NCBI GenBank assembly: GCA_041558415.1
Contig: JBFFEY010000009.1
Location: 2,648-66,647 of the forward strand
DNA: 64,000 nucleotides
Reading direction: 5' to 3'
Source: Burkholderiales bacterium
GTDB taxonomy: Bacteria; Pseudomonadota; Gammaproteobacteria; Burkholderiales; SG8-39
The notes beneath the pieces are model-generated. The model searched no databases. It worked only from the letters and a program-made list of their open reading frames with translations, and was not told the origin of the DNA. Shown here piece by piece: positions 1 through 9,898 of the stretch (positions are counted from its first letter, which is position 1; each line of letters begins with the position of its first letter). Made by a program: the position numbers and the translations under genes.

Positions 1-1897
1 CTTCGGTCATTTCGCGCTTCGCGCGGCGCGCCTTGGCCTCGCCGGTCGACATCTGCTTGTTGATGTCCTTCAGCTCCTTCACCGAGATACCGATTTTCTG
101 CTGCACCCCCTGGACGCGGCCGAGCAGCTCGAGGATGTCGGGCTCGACGCGCTTGAGCATCTCGCTCCACGGATGCTCGGCGTTGATGTCGGCCGTCAGC
201 CAGCGCTTGGAGCCCTCGGTGCCGGCGAAGATCTTGATGAAGTGCTGGCGCGGCATCTGCGCCTTGTCGACGCAGATGCTGAGGATCTCGCGCTCGTTCT
301 GACGGATGTCGTCCACCAGACTGCGCACGCCATCGCAGAGCCGCTCGACCGTGCGCGCCGTGAAGCGGATCGCCATCAGCTCGTTGGTGACCTGGTCACG
401 CAGGCGCAGGTATTCCTTGTCCTTCGAGCCCTTGTTCTCGAGCACCCGCTTCTGGCGCTCGAACAGGCGCCGGATGCGCGCGAACTTCTCGAGCGCCTCG
501 GTGCGCAGCTTCATCAGGCTGGCACGCTGCGCGGCGCCCTCGTCGTCCTCGTCCTCGTCGCCCTCGTCTTCCGATACCGAGCTGTCTTCGTCCTCGGAAT
601 CGCTCTCGGCGCGCTTCGGATCGAAATCGTCCTTCGCATTCGGGTCGACCAGCCCGTCGACCACCTCGTCGATCCGCATCTCGTCCTTCTCGACCTTCTC
701 GGCGAGTTCGATCACTTCGCGAATCGTCGTCGGGCAGGCGCTGATCGCCTGAATCATGTGGCGCAGGCCTTCCTCGATGCGCTTGGCGATCTCGATCTCG
801 CCTTCGCGCGTCAGCAGCTCGACAGAGCCCATTTCGCGCATGTACAGGCGCACCGGGTCCGTGGTGCGGCCGAACTCGGAGTCGACGGTCGACAGCGCTG
901 CCTCGGCCTGCTCCTCGACGTCCTCGTCGGGGCTCGCCACCGGCGCCGCCTCGTTTACGAGCAGCGATTCCTGGTCCGGGGCCTGGTCGTAGACCTGGAT
1001 CCCCATGTCGCCGAAAGTCGAGATGATCGCCTCGATCTGCTCGGCGTCGACCAGGTCATCCGGCAGGTGATCGTTGATCTCGGAATAGGTCAGGAAGCCG
1101 CGCTCCTTGCCGAGCACGATGAGCACCTTCAGCCGGGTGCGCCGCGTCTCGGCGTCCTCTTTGGGCAGCTGCGCGATCGACGCCAGCCATTCCTCGCGGC
1201 GCGACTTGCGCCCGCCGCGGCCGCGGCCCTTGCCCTTGCCTGCCTTGAGGCCCTCGTTGACCTGCGCCTCGAGCAGTTCGAGCGCCTGCTTGGCGTTCTT
1301 GATGCTCGCTTTCTTGGCCGCCTTCTCCGCCGCCGCCTTGGCCTTCTCGGCGGCCTTGGCGAGCGCCTTCAGCTGCGCTTCCTTCTGCTTGGCTGCCTTC
1401 GCCTTGGCGCGCTCCTTCTCCTTCAGCGCCTTGGCCTTGGCCGCCTCCTTGAGCTTCAGCGCGCGCGCCTTGGCCTTCGCCGCCGCGCGTGCCTTGGTTT
1501 CCTTGAGCTTGAGCGCCGCGCGTGCCTTGGCTTCCTTGAGCTTGAGCGCCGCAGCCTTGGCCTTGGCCGCCGCTTTGAGCTTGGCTTGTTGCGCGCGCTG
1601 CGCCTTCGCCTTGGCCGCCGCCTTGAGCTTTGCCGCGCGCGCCTTGGCGGCAACGGCCTTGGCCCTGAGCTTGGCCTGCTTGAGCTTTTGCGCCTTCGCC
1701 TTGGCCGCTGCCTTGAGCTTCGCCTGCTTGAGTTTCTGCGCCTTGGCTTTCTGCGCTGCCGCCTTGGCTTTCGCTGCCGATTTGCGCGCCGGACGCACTT
1801 TGAGCGTCGCGCGATTTTTCAACGCTTTGATTGCTTTAGATTTTTTCCTTGCCGCCGGGGAGCGTTTGGACTTTGCTTTGGGCTTGACCTTGGCCAT
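1..1897 (-). CDS. rpoD: RNA polymerase sigma-70 factor RpoD, N-terminal ~632 codons (C-terminus lies beyond window start), with ~250-aa Lys/Ala-rich N-terminal extension
   Basis: My own minus-strand translation from ATG (cat at 1895-1897). It is absent from the ORF track because no stop lies in the window. Begins MAKVKPKAKSKRSPAARKK. After the KA-rich part come sigma70 region 1-like segments LKVLIVLGKERGFLTYSEINDHLPDD and DPVRLYMREMGSVELLTREGEIEIAKRIE. Lies downstream of dnaG, as in the rpsU-dnaG-rpoD operon. Confidence 0.9.
   Translation of the reverse strand, partial: MAKVKPKAKSKRSPAARKKSKAIKALKNRATLKVRPARKSAAKAKAAAQKAKAQKLKQAKLKAAAKAKAQKLKQAKLRAKAVAAKARAAKLKAAAKAKAQRAQQAKLKAAAKAKAAALKLKEAKARAALKLKETKARAAAKAKARALKLKEAAKAKALKEKERAKAKAAKQKEAQLKALAKAAEKAKAAAEKAAKKASIKNAKQALELLEAQVNEGLKAGKGKGRGRGGRKSRREEWLASIAQLPKEDAETRRTRLKVLIVLGKERGFLTYSEINDHLPDDLVDAEQIEAIISTFGDMGIQVYDQAPDQESLLVNEAAPVASPDEDVEEQAEAALSTVDSEFGRTTDPVRLYMREMGSVELLTREGEIEIAKRIEEGLRHMIQAISACPTTIREVIELAEKVEKDEMRIDEVVDGLVDPNAKDDFDPKRAESDSEDEDSSVSEDEGDEDEDDEGAAQRASLMKLRTEALEKFARIRRLFERQKRVLENKGSKDKEYLRLRDQVTNELMAIRFTARTVERLCDGVRSLVDDIRQNEREILSICVDKAQMPRQHFIKIFAGTEGSKRWLTADINAEHPWSEMLKRVEPDILELLGRVQGVQQKIGISVKELKDINKQMSTGEAKARRAKREMTE
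1481..1546 (-). repeat. Perfectly adjacent 33-bp tandem duplication (32/33 identical) inside the rpoD KA-rich extension
   Basis: cgccgcgcgtgccttggtttccttgagcttgag (1481-1513) is followed directly by cgccgcgcgtgccttggcttccttgagcttgag (1514-1546). In frame, 11 codons each (ALKLKE[A/T]KARA). Confidence 0.85.
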
Positions 1898-1990
1898 TCT
1901 TGCCTCGCGTGACAGCCGGTTTCCGGCGGAATCGCGGATTTCCGGGAAAACCGTGGATTGTATCAATTTTCCAGCGAGTTACCAGAGCCG

Positions 1991-3745
1991 TTAAAGGCGC
2001 TGCGCCTTCAGCTCGGCGAGCTCCTTTGCGCGACGATCGATCTCGAGCATCAGGTCGCGGCTCGCGCCGCCGGCCGCCGCCTCGCGCCGCAGTGCCTCGA
2101 ACTCCTCGTTCTTGCGCTGGATGCGCAGCGCGAGCTGGATCTGACGGAACTGGCGCGCAGAGTCCTCTGCGCTCAGATTCTGCTCGAGCGCGGCGGCCTG
2201 CGCGCGGTACAGCGCCTCGGCATGCGGGCTGTCGCGGAACTGCTCGATGAGCAGCGCCTCGCTCATCTCGCCGCCTTCCGCAGCCCACTGCACGATCGCC
2301 TGCAGCGCCGCGCTCTCCGCCGCGCGCGCATCGAGCAGCGCCGGCTCGAGCTCATCGACGAGATCCGGTTTGACCAGCACGCAGCACAGCAGGTTCCGCT
2401 CCTGGCTCGCGGCGATCGGCGGCGCGCTGCGCCGCACGGCGGGACGGGGGCGCGGCGCATTCGGCTGCGCGAGGCCGAGCAGCTGCTCGGCCTCCTCCTG
2501 CGACACGCGCGCGAGCTCGGCCACCTCCTTGACGAGCTGCAGGCGCAAGCCCGGCGCCTCGGTGCGCTGCAGATGGGGCCGCGCGGCGGCGAGCAGCGCC
2601 GAGCGCCCTTCCGGTGTGGCCAGGTCGGCCTGCGCGCGCAACTCGCCGAGCAGGAAGCTGGATAGCGTCTGCGCCTGGCGCACGGCGCGCTCGAAGGCCT
2701 CGGCGCCGTGCGCGCGGATGGCGCTGTCCGGGTCCTCGCCCTGCGGCAGAAAGAGGAAGCGGATCGGCTTGTGGTCCAGGGCGAGCGGCAGGCTCACCTC
2801 GAGCGCGCGCCAGGCCGCCTTGCGTCCCGCGGCGTCGCCGTCGAAGCAGAACACCAGCTGGTCGGCGAGCCGCAGCAGGCGCGAGACGTGGTGCGGCGTG
2901 GTCGCCGTGCCGAGCGTCGCCACCGCATAGCCGATGCCGTGCTGCGCGAGCGAGATCGCGTCCATGTAGCCTTCGACGACCAGCGCCCGGCCGGCGCTGC
3001 GGATCGCCTCGCGCGCCTGCACCAGACCGTAGAGCTCGCGGCCTTTCTCGAACAGCGGCGATTCGGGCGAATTCAGGTACTTCGGCTCGCCCGCACCGAG
3101 CACCCGTCCGCCGAAGCCGATGACCGTACCGCGGGTCGAGAAGATCGGGAACATGATGCGGTCGCGGAAGCGGTCGTAGCGCTTGCCTTCGTTCTCGATC
3201 ACCAGCCCGGCCTCCACCAGGCCGCGCGCCTCGTACTCCGGGAATGCGGCACGCAGACCCTGCCAGTCGTCCGGCGCGTAGCCGAGGCGGAAGCGCGCGG
3301 CAATCTCGCCGCTCAGACCGCGGCCTTTCAGGTACTCGATGGCGCGGGCGGACTTCTTCAGCTCGCCACGGTAGAAAGCCATCGCCTGCTCGAGCATCGC
3401 GCCGAGGCCGGCTTCGCGCTCCTCGCGCGCGGCCTGCTCGCGCGTGCGCGGACGGGACTCCGGCAACTGCATGCCGACGGAGCCGGCCAGGTCGCGCAGC
3501 GCGTCGATGTAGCCGAGCCCGGCGTAAGCCATGAGAAAGCCGATCGCGTTGCCGTGCGCACCGCAACCGAAACAGTGATAGAACTGCTTGCTCTGGCTGA
3601 CCGTGAACGACGGCGTCTTTTCCGCGTGAAACGGGCACAGCCCGAGGTAGTTCGCCCCGCCCTTCTTCAGCTGGACGTAGCGCGACACGACGTCGACGAT
3701 GTCGACGCGGTTGAGGAGATCTTGCTTGAAGCTGTCGGGGATCAC
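1991..3745 (-). CDS. dnaG: DNA primase
   Basis: 584 aa. Zinc-ribbon CPFHAEKTPSFTV..YHCFGCGAHGN, then a TOPRIM region (VVEGYMDAISL). Confidence 0.95.
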   Translation of the reverse strand: MIPDSFKQDLLNRVDIVDVVSRYVQLKKGGANYLGLCPFHAEKTPSFTVSQSKQFYHCFGCGAHGNAIGFLMAYAGLGYIDALRDLAGSVGMQLPESRPRTREQAAREEREAGLGAMLEQAMAFYRGELKKSARAIEYLKGRGLSGEIAARFRLGYAPDDWQGLRAAFPEYEARGLVEAGLVIENEGKRYDRFRDRIMFPIFSTRGTVIGFGGRVLGAGEPKYLNSPESPLFEKGRELYGLVQAREAIRSAGRALVVEGYMDAISLAQHGIGYAVATLGTATTPHHVSRLLRLADQLVFCFDGDAAGRKAAWRALEVSLPLALDHKPIRFLFLPQGEDPDSAIRAHGAEAFERAVRQAQTLSSFLLGELRAQADLATPEGRSALLAAARPHLQRTEAPGLRLQLVKEVAELARVSQEEAEQLLGLAQPNAPRPRPAVRRSAPPIAASQERNLLCCVLVKPDLVDELEPALLDARAAESAALQAIVQWAAEGGEMSEALLIEQFRDSPHAEALYRAQAAALEQNLSAEDSARQFRQIQLALRIQRKNEEFEALRREAAAGGASRDLMLEIDRRAKELAELKAQRL

Positions 3746-3776
3746 GCGCGGATCCCGCTAGTGTAAGCGGTGGCGG

Positions 3777-4223
3777 CTAGCCGGCGAGCCTGACCTTCAC
3801 CCGCGCCGAGACGGGGCCCATCTCCGCACGGCCGGCAAGACGCGTCTTGAGCACCGCCATGACGCGGCCCATGTCTTTCGGTCCCGCCGCACCGCTCTCC
3901 GCGATCGCCGCCTCGACCGCAGCGTCGATCTCGGCGTCGCCCAGCTGCGCCGGCAGGTAGGCGGTCAGCACGTCGGCCTCGAAGCGTTCCCTGGCGGCGA
4001 GCTCGTCGCGGCCCGCCTTTTCGTACTGCACGATCGACTCGCGGCGCTGCTTGAGCAGCCGCTCGACCGTTGCCAGCACCTGGGCGTCGTCGAGCTCGCT
4101 GCGCTCGTCGACCTCCTTCTGCTTGATCGCCGCCAGCAGCAAACGGATGGCCGACAGGCGCGCCGCGTCCTTGGCGCGCATCGCGGCCTTCATGTCGTCG
4201 GTGATGCGGGTTTTGAGGGTCAT
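3777..4223 (-). CDS. GatB/YqeY domain protein
   Basis: 148 aa from the internal ATG (cat 4221-4223) of the 606-aa read-through ORF: MTLKTRITDDMKAAMRAKDAARLSAIRLLLAAIKQKEVD. Classic position between rpsU and dnaG. Confidence 0.85.
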   Translation of the reverse strand: MTLKTRITDDMKAAMRAKDAARLSAIRLLLAAIKQKEVDERSELDDAQVLATVERLLKQRRESIVQYEKAGRDELAARERFEADVLTAYLPAQLGDAEIDAAVEAAIAESGAAGPKDMGRVMAVLKTRLAGRAEMGPVSARVKVRLAG

Positions 4224-4326
4224 CGTCCGGTGACTCATGCCGCGCGCGGCGGCGCCAGAAACACGAACGCCCCGGCGTCGCTGAGCAGCCGGGGCGTCCC
4301 GAGTGGTTGCGCTGGACCTGTGCCGC

Positions 4327-4539
4327 TCAGTAGAGCTTCTGCGGCAGCATCTGGCTACGCAGGCGCTTGTGGTGCCGCTTGACCGCCGCCGCCAGCTTGC
4401 GCTTGCGCTCCGTGGTCGGCTTCTCGTAGTACTCGCGCGAACGCAGCTCGGTGAGCAGCCCGGTCTTCTCGATTGTGCGCTTGAAACGGCGCAGGGCCAC
4501 TTCGAACGGCTCGTTCTCCTTGACGCGAACGGTGGGCAT
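4327..4539 (-). CDS. rpsU: 30S ribosomal protein S21
   Basis: 70 aa, [29 protein letters not shown]. Confidence 0.95.
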   Translation of the reverse strand: MPTVRVKENEPFEVALRRFKRTIEKTGLLTELRSREYYEKPTTERKRKLAAAVKRHHKRLRSQMLPQKLY

Positions 4540-4619
4540 CCAGTCTCCAGGTCGCCGAAAAGGGGCGGATTATAGCCGCAACGGCGGCGCCCCCGCCAGC
4601 CCCAGTAGAATCGCCGGCC

Positions 4620-5666
4620 ATGCTGATCCTCGGGCTGGAAACGTCCTGCGACGAGACCGGCGTCGCGCTGTACGACGCTGCGGTGCTGGCGCGCGGCGCG
4701 CCGCCCGCGGACGGTCTTCTGGCGCACGTGGTGCACTCGCAAAGCGACCTGCACGCCGCCTACGACGGGGTGGTGCCAGAGCTCGCTTCGCGCGACCACC
4801 TGCGGCGCATCGTGCCGCTGACCCGCGACGTACTGCTGCGCGCCCGGCGCCGCGTCGCGGACCTCGAGGCCGTGGCCTACACCGAGGGGCCCGGGCTCGC
4901 CGGCGCGCTGCTGGTCGGCGCGGCCTTCGGCCACGCGCTGGCGCTTTCGCGGGGGCTGCCCGCCATCGGCATCCACCACCTCGAAGGTCACCTGCTCTCG
5001 CCGCTGCTCGCGCGTCCGGCGCCGGCGTTTCCCTTCGTCGCCCTGCTGGTCTCCGGCGGGCACACGCAGCTGATGCGCGTCGACGGCGTCGGACGCTATC
5101 AACTGCTCGGCGAGACCCAGGACGATGCCGCAGGCGAGGCATTCGACAAGACCGCGACGCTGCTCGGGCTGGGCTATCCCGGCGGCCCGGCACTCGCCGC
5201 GCTCGCCGACGGGGGCCAGCCGCAGCGTTACGCGCTGCCGCGTCCCATGCTGCACAGCGGCGACCTCGAATTCAGCTTTTCCGGGCTGAAGACCGCGGTG
5301 GCGCTGCTGGTACGCGACACCGCCGAGGCTGCGCGCAGGCCGGCGGTGCGCGCCGACATTGCGCGCGCCTTCCAGGACGCGGTGGTCGACGTGCTGGTGG
5401 CGAAGTGCGCGCAGGCGATGGAAGCGACGGGCCTTTCGCGCCTGGTGGTCGCCGGCGGGGTCGGCGCCAACCGGGCGCTGCGCGCCGCGCTGGACGCGAC
5501 CGGCGCGCAACGCGGTTTCGACGTCTTCTACCCGGCACCCGAACTGTGCACCGACAACGGCGCGATGATCGCCTTCGCCTGCGCGCTGCGCCTGCAAAGC
5601 GGCATGCCGACGCCGACGCGCGCGTTTTCGGTGCGACCGCGTTGGGAACTGGCGGCTACGGCCTAG
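4620..5666 (+). CDS. tsaD: tRNA N6-adenosine threonylcarbamoyltransferase
   Basis: 348 aa, [25 protein letters not shown] metal motif. Divergent from rpsU. Confidence 0.95.
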   Translation: MLILGLETSCDETGVALYDAAVLARGAPPADGLLAHVVHSQSDLHAAYDGVVPELASRDHLRRIVPLTRDVLLRARRRVADLEAVAYTEGPGLAGALLVGAAFGHALALSRGLPAIGIHHLEGHLLSPLLARPAPAFPFVALLVSGGHTQLMRVDGVGRYQLLGETQDDAAGEAFDKTATLLGLGYPGGPALAALADGGQPQRYALPRPMLHSGDLEFSFSGLKTAVALLVRDTAEAARRPAVRADIARAFQDAVVDVLVAKCAQAMEATGLSRLVVAGGVGANRALRAALDATGAQRGFDVFYPAPELCTDNGAMIAFACALRLQSGMPTPTRAFSVRPRWELAATA

Positions 5667-6264
5667 CGCGCTGCCCGATGCGCGGCTCCTCCGCGCGCAC
5701 CAAGCGCCCGATGTTCTCGCGATGACGCCAGACCAGCAGCAGCGTCATGGCGCCGACCGCCGGCGTGACCGGCGCCAGTCCGAACAGGAACCAGGCCCAG
5801 AACACCGCGAACACGGCGGCGATGATCGAGGCGAGCGAGATGATGCGGAAGAAGGCGACGATGATGCCGAAGCTGGCGAGCGTGCCGAGCCCGAGCCAGA
5901 GGTTGAAGGCGAACAGCACGCCGGCCGCAGTCGCCACGCCCTTGCCGCCGCGAAAGCCGTGGTACACGGGATAGAGGTGGCCGAGGAACGCCATCGCGCC
6001 GGCGAGCGGCGCGTCGACGCCGGTCACCGGAGTCTCGCCGGTGACGAGCACGGTGAGGCCCACCGCGGCCGCACCCTTGCCGGCGTCGCCGATCAACGTA
6101 AGCGCGGCAGCCAAGCGGCTGCCCGAGCGCAGCACGTTGGTGGCGCCCGGGTTCTTCGAGCCGTAGCTGCGCGGATCCGGCAGCCGCAAGGCCCTGCTGA
6201 CGACCACGGCGAACGACACCGAGCCGAGCAGGTAGGCCGCGAGCATGATCAGCGCGGTTTGCAT
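5656..6264 (-). CDS. plsY: Glycerol-3-phosphate acyltransferase PlsY
   Basis: 202 aa membrane protein, [35 protein letters not shown]. Confidence 0.9.
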   Translation of the reverse strand: MQTALIMLAAYLLGSVSFAVVVSRALRLPDPRSYGSKNPGATNVLRSGSRLAAALTLIGDAGKGAAAVGLTVLVTGETPVTGVDAPLAGAMAFLGHLYPVYHGFRGGKGVATAAGVLFAFNLWLGLGTLASFGIIVAFFRIISLASIIAAVFAVFWAWFLFGLAPVTPAVGAMTLLLVWRHRENIGRLVRAEEPRIGQRARP

Positions 6265-6318
6265 GGCAGCGCGATTCTACGCGCCGGCCGGCGCGCTATG
6301 GTGTAATGCCGCCGACCG

Positions 6319-6669
6319 ATGGATCACATCTTCATCCACGATCTGCGGCTCGATGCGCGCATCGGCTTCCACAAGCGCGAGCGCTACGCGACGCAGACAC
6401 TGCAGCTCGATCTCGAGATCGGCATCGCCGATGCCGCGGTGTTCGCGAGCGACCGCGTGGCCGATTGCATCGACTACGACAAGGTGGTCGAGCGCGTGCG
6501 CGCACTGCTCGGCGAGGGGCATTTCAACCTGGTGGAAACCGTCGCCGATCGCATCGCGCGCCTGCTGCTCGACGAGTTCGGCGCGGCCTACGCCCGCGTC
6601 AGCGTGGCCAAGCGGGGCGTGATGAAGGACGCCGGACGGGTCGGCGTGAGCGTCGAGCGCCGACGCTGA
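6319..6669 (+). CDS. folB: Dihydroneopterin aldolase
   Basis: 116 aa, IFIHDLRLDARIGFHKRERYATQTLQLDLEI..DYDKV..LVETVA. Confidence 0.85.
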   Translation: MDHIFIHDLRLDARIGFHKRERYATQTLQLDLEIGIADAAVFASDRVADCIDYDKVVERVRALLGEGHFNLVETVADRIARLLLDEFGAAYARVSVAKRGVMKDAGRVGVSVERRR

Positions 6670-6681
6670 ATCGATCGCCGC

Positions 6682-7170
6682 TCAGCCCTCCAGCGCGACA
6701 TCGACCAGCACCGGCGCGAGCAGGCGCTCCGCCTCTCGGGGATCGAGGCACAGCAGAAAGCCACGGCGCCCGCCGTTGATGTAGATCGCCGGCAGCGCGA
6801 GGATCGAGCGTTCCATGTAGATCGGAATCGCCTTGCGCAGTCCGAAGGGCGAGGTACCGCCGATCTGGTAGCCGGAGTGGCGCTGCGCCACCTCGGGCCT
6901 GCAGGGCACGACGCGCTTGCACGCGGCCTGGCGTGCCAGATTCTTGGTCGACACGCTGCGGTCGCCGTGCATCAGCACGACGAGCGGGGCCGCACGCTCG
7001 TCTTCCATGACCAGCGTCTTCACCACCGCGTGTTCGGGCACGCCGAGCAGCTCGGCGCCGCGTTCCGTGCCGCCGTGCTCGGCGTACTCGAAGAAGTGCT
7101 CGCTGAATGCGACGCCATGCTGGCGCAGGAACTGCGTCGCCGGCGTTTCGCTGTGGCTCGGGCGCTTCAT
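6682..7170 (-). CDS. ybaK: Cys-tRNA(Pro)/Cys-tRNA(Cys) deacylase, YbaK/EbsC family
   Basis: 162 aa from the internal ATG (cat 7168-7170) of a 507-aa read-through ORF: TPATQFLRQHGVAFSEH..VKTLVM..GYQIGGTSPFG. ATGA overlap with the xerD stop. Confidence 0.8.
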   Translation of the reverse strand: MKRPSHSETPATQFLRQHGVAFSEHFFEYAEHGGTERGAELLGVPEHAVVKTLVMEDERAAPLVVLMHGDRSVSTKNLARQAACKRVVPCRPEVAQRHSGYQIGGTSPFGLRKAIPIYMERSILALPAIYINGGRRGFLLCLDPREAERLLAPVLVDVALEG

Positions 7171-8093
7171 CCGCGCGGATGGTGCTTGGCATGCAGCGCC
7201 TTGAGGCGCTCGCGTGCGACGTGCGTGTAGATCTGCGTCGTCGAGATGTCGGCGTGGCCGAGCAGCATCTGCACCACGCGCAGGTCCGCGCCGTGGTTGA
7301 TGAGATGCGTGGCGAAGGCGTGGCGCAGCACGTGCGGCGAAAGCGTCTTGCCCGGAATGGCGCGCGCACCGTAGCGGCGGATGAGGTACCAGACCGCCTG
7401 GCGCGTCATCGGCGTGCCGCGTGCGGTGACGAACAGCGCGGCCGAGCTTACGCGCCTGGCGAGCGACGGCCGCGCTTCGCGCAGGTAGCGTTCGATCCAG
7501 CCCACCGCCTCCTCGCCCAACGGCACCAGCCGCTCCTTCGATCCCTTGCCGAACAGGCGCACCACGCCGGCGTCCAGATTCGCCTCGACCGTCTTCAGCG
7601 CGACGAGCTCGGACACGCGCAAGCCGCAGGCGTAGAGCGTTTCCAGCATCGCCCGGTCGCGCAGCCCGAGCGGGCTGTCCGTGTCGGGCGCAGCGAGCAG
7701 CGCCTCGACGTCGGCCTCGGACAGGCTCTTCGGAAAGCGCGGCGTGCGCTTCGGCGGCTCCAGGCGCAGCGTCGGGTCCTCGCTGATGCGGCGCTCGCGC
7801 AGGCAGTACTGGTAAAAGCGCCGCAGGCTGGAGAGCAGCCGCGCATCGCTCGAACTGCGCGGGGCGCGCTTTCCCGGCGCACGCCGGTGGCGCTCGGCGA
7901 AGAACGCGTGCAGCGCCGCTTCGTCGACCGCGGTCAGCCGGCCGCGCCGCTCGCGTGCCAGCCACAGGCCGAGTTGCTCCAGGTCGCGTCGGTAGGCCTC
8001 GATCGAGTTGTGCGCCAAGCCGTCCTCGAGCCACAGCGCATCGCAGAACGCGTCCAGCAAGCGGCCGTCCTGCGCGTCGATCGCCGCGCTCAT
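7167..8093 (-). CDS. xerD: Site-specific tyrosine recombinase XerD
   Basis: 308 aa, LWLEDGLAHNSIEAYRRDL, catalytic C-terminus HVLRHAFATHLINHGADLRVVQMLLGHADISTTQIYTHV. Confidence 0.9.
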   Translation of the reverse strand: MSAAIDAQDGRLLDAFCDALWLEDGLAHNSIEAYRRDLEQLGLWLARERRGRLTAVDEAALHAFFAERHRRAPGKRAPRSSSDARLLSSLRRFYQYCLRERRISEDPTLRLEPPKRTPRFPKSLSEADVEALLAAPDTDSPLGLRDRAMLETLYACGLRVSELVALKTVEANLDAGVVRLFGKGSKERLVPLGEEAVGWIERYLREARPSLARRVSSAALFVTARGTPMTRQAVWYLIRRYGARAIPGKTLSPHVLRHAFATHLINHGADLRVVQMLLGHADISTTQIYTHVARERLKALHAKHHPRG

Positions 8094-9091
8094 CCCGACG
8101 CGAGTGCCTCGATCTTCTCGAGCAGCGCGTCGGGCACCTCGAGCCCCTCGGCGGCGCGCTGCGCGGCGGCAAAGCGGCGTGCGCCGGGCAGGCGCACCTC
8201 CGCATCGGCGAGCATCGCCGCCACCACCGCTTCGACGCGTTCGAAGTAGCGCGCCTGTCCGGCGAGCGCGCCCGGGTCGATGGCGAGGAAGGCTTGGCCG
8301 ACGCGCGGCCGGTTCCCCTGCTCGGCGAAGAACGAATCCGCCTCGGGTCCGATCGCGGCGCCGGTCAGCGCGGTGCAGATCAGCTCGAACATCAGCGCCA
8401 GCATGGCGCCCTTTACGCCGCCGATCGGGAACATGCTGCCGTGCTCGATCGCCTCCTTCGGATCGGTGGTCGGCTTGCCGTCGCGGTCGAGCGCCCAGCC
8501 CTCGGGAATGCGCTCGCCGCGCTGCGCGGCAAGCATGATCTTGCCGCGGATTACGGTCGTCAGCGCGAGGTCGATCACCAGCGGGTCGGCGCTGGCGCGC
8601 GGGAATATGGCCGCCACTGGATCGGTACCGAACAGCGCCTTGCGCCCGCCCCAGGCGGGAATCGCCGCAGGCGAGTTGGTGAAGGCGAAGCCGACCATGC
8701 CCGCCTGCCCCACCGGCAGCAGGTGGATGCCGAGCACGCCGACGTGGCCGCTGTTGGTGATGCCGGCAAAACCGATGCCGTTGCGCCGCGCGCGCGCGAC
8801 GACCTCGTCGATCGCCCAGGCGCAGGCCTCGTAGGGCAGCGCGTCGCGGTTGTCGATCAGGCAGGCCGCAGCACGCTCGGCGCGCAGGATCGGCGTCGCC
8901 GCACCGTCCGCGCGGCCGTTCTGCAGCATTGCGCAGTAAAACGGCACGCGCGACAGGCCGTGCGTCGGCAGGCCCTGCGCTTCGGCCTGCAGCAGATGCT
9001 GCGTGGCACGCTCGGCCATGCGGGGTCTCGCGCCGGCTCGCTCGAGCGCGCGGCGTGCGAGCTCGAGGAGTTCGGCGGGCGGCTTTTTCAT
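8090..9091 (-). CDS. Ldh_2 family malate/L-lactate/(R)-sulfolactate-type dehydrogenase
   Basis: 333 aa, GLPTHGLSRVPFY..NSGHVGVLG..NSPAAIPAWGG..LFGTDPVA..IRGKI..GWALD..GG.KGAMLALMFE. Substrate not assignable from sequence alone. Confidence 0.8.
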   Translation of the reverse strand: MKKPPAELLELARRALERAGARPRMAERATQHLLQAEAQGLPTHGLSRVPFYCAMLQNGRADGAATPILRAERAAACLIDNRDALPYEACAWAIDEVVARARRNGIGFAGITNSGHVGVLGIHLLPVGQAGMVGFAFTNSPAAIPAWGGRKALFGTDPVAAIFPRASADPLVIDLALTTVIRGKIMLAAQRGERIPEGWALDRDGKPTTDPKEAIEHGSMFPIGGVKGAMLALMFELICTALTGAAIGPEADSFFAEQGNRPRVGQAFLAIDPGALAGQARYFERVEAVVAAMLADAEVRLPGARRFAAAQRAAEGLEVPDALLEKIEALASG

Positions 9092-9180
9092 GCGCGCGAT
9101 TCTACTCGCGCCACCGCGACGGCTCGTTAGCTCGCTAGAATACGGCGCTTGCGGAACGATTCCAGAGAAGAGAGGAGACC

Positions 9181-9855
9181 ATGGGCAAGTTCATCGAGCT
9201 CGTCGCCAGCGACGGGCACCCGCTGTCCGCCTACCGCGCCGACCCCGCCGGCAAACCGCGTGGCGCCGTCGTCGTGATCCAGGAGATCTTCGGCGTCAAC
9301 AGCCACATTCGCGCGGTGGCGGACGGCTATGCCGCGGACGGCTACCTCGCCATCGCGCCGGCGATGTACGACCGGCTGGATGAAAATTTCGAAGTCGGCT
9401 ACACGCCGGACGACGTCGCCAAGGGCCGCGCGCTGAAGGACAAGGCGCAACTCGATGCCGCGCTGCGCGACGCCGAGGCCGCGGTGAAGGAAGCGGCCAA
9501 GGCCGGCAAGGTCGGCATGGTCGGCTACTGCTGGGGCGGCTACATTACCTGGATGGCTGCGTCACGCGTGGCGGGCCTGGCCTGTGCGGCGCCGTACTAC
9601 GGCGGCGGCAGCACGACCGACGAGGCGATCGCCGAAAAGCCGAAGTGCGCGGTCCTGGCGCACTACGGCGAGAAGGACGAGCACATTCCGGTGGACGGCG
9701 TGAAGAAGCTCGCCGCCGCGCACCCGGCGGTCACCGTGCACCTTTATCCGGCGCCGCACGGCTTCAACTGCGACCAGCGCGGCTCCTATGACGCGGCGAG
9801 CGCCAAGCTCGCGCGCGAGCGCACGCTGGCGTTCTTCCGCCAGCACCTCGGCTAA
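9181..9855 (+). CDS. Dienelactone hydrolase family protein (carboxymethylenebutenolidase-like)
   Basis: 224 aa, VVVIQEIFGVNSHIR..GYCWGG..HYGEKDEHIP..APHGF. Confidence 0.85.
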   Translation: MGKFIELVASDGHPLSAYRADPAGKPRGAVVVIQEIFGVNSHIRAVADGYAADGYLAIAPAMYDRLDENFEVGYTPDDVAKGRALKDKAQLDAALRDAEAAVKEAAKAGKVGMVGYCWGGYITWMAASRVAGLACAAPYYGGGSTTDEAIAEKPKCAVLAHYGEKDEHIPVDGVKKLAAAHPAVTVHLYPAPHGFNCDQRGSYDAASAKLARERTLAFFRQHLG

Positions 9856-9859
9856 GCCC

Positions 9860-9880
9860 AGCGTACGCAACGCGTACGCT
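9860..9880. terminator. GC-rich hairpin between convergent genes (possible bidirectional terminator; no U-tract)
   Basis: agcgtacgc-aac-gcgtacgct: 9-bp perfect stem with a 3-nt loop, located between the DLH stop (9855) and the comE-like stop (9899). Confidence 0.3.
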
Positions 9881-9898
9881 GCACGCCCTGCGCGCGGG

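Noticed and set aside
1200-1850. Periodic repeats that could suggest a CRISPR array or non-coding tandem repeat.
   Set aside because: The repeats are in frame within rpoD and encode Lys/Ala-rich low complexity. There is no repeat-spacer architecture. I saw no CRISPR array anywhere in the window.
3777-5597. Long read-through ORFs that extend real genes far upstream (3777-5597, 6682-8205, 15606-17636, 25386-27557, 31155-33188, 50705-51856, 51651-53126, 54311-56593).
   Set aside because: Only the C-terminal parts resemble known families. The N-terminal extensions overlap neighbouring genes in other frames and are low-complexity. I re-set the starts to internal ATG/GTG codons with an RBS or stop-start overlaps.
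7167-8093. Tyrosine recombinase as a possible integrase marking a mobile element.
   Set aside because: The sequence and its context (ybaK, housekeeping neighbours) fit chromosomal XerD. No att-like repeats or phage/ICE genes are adjacent.
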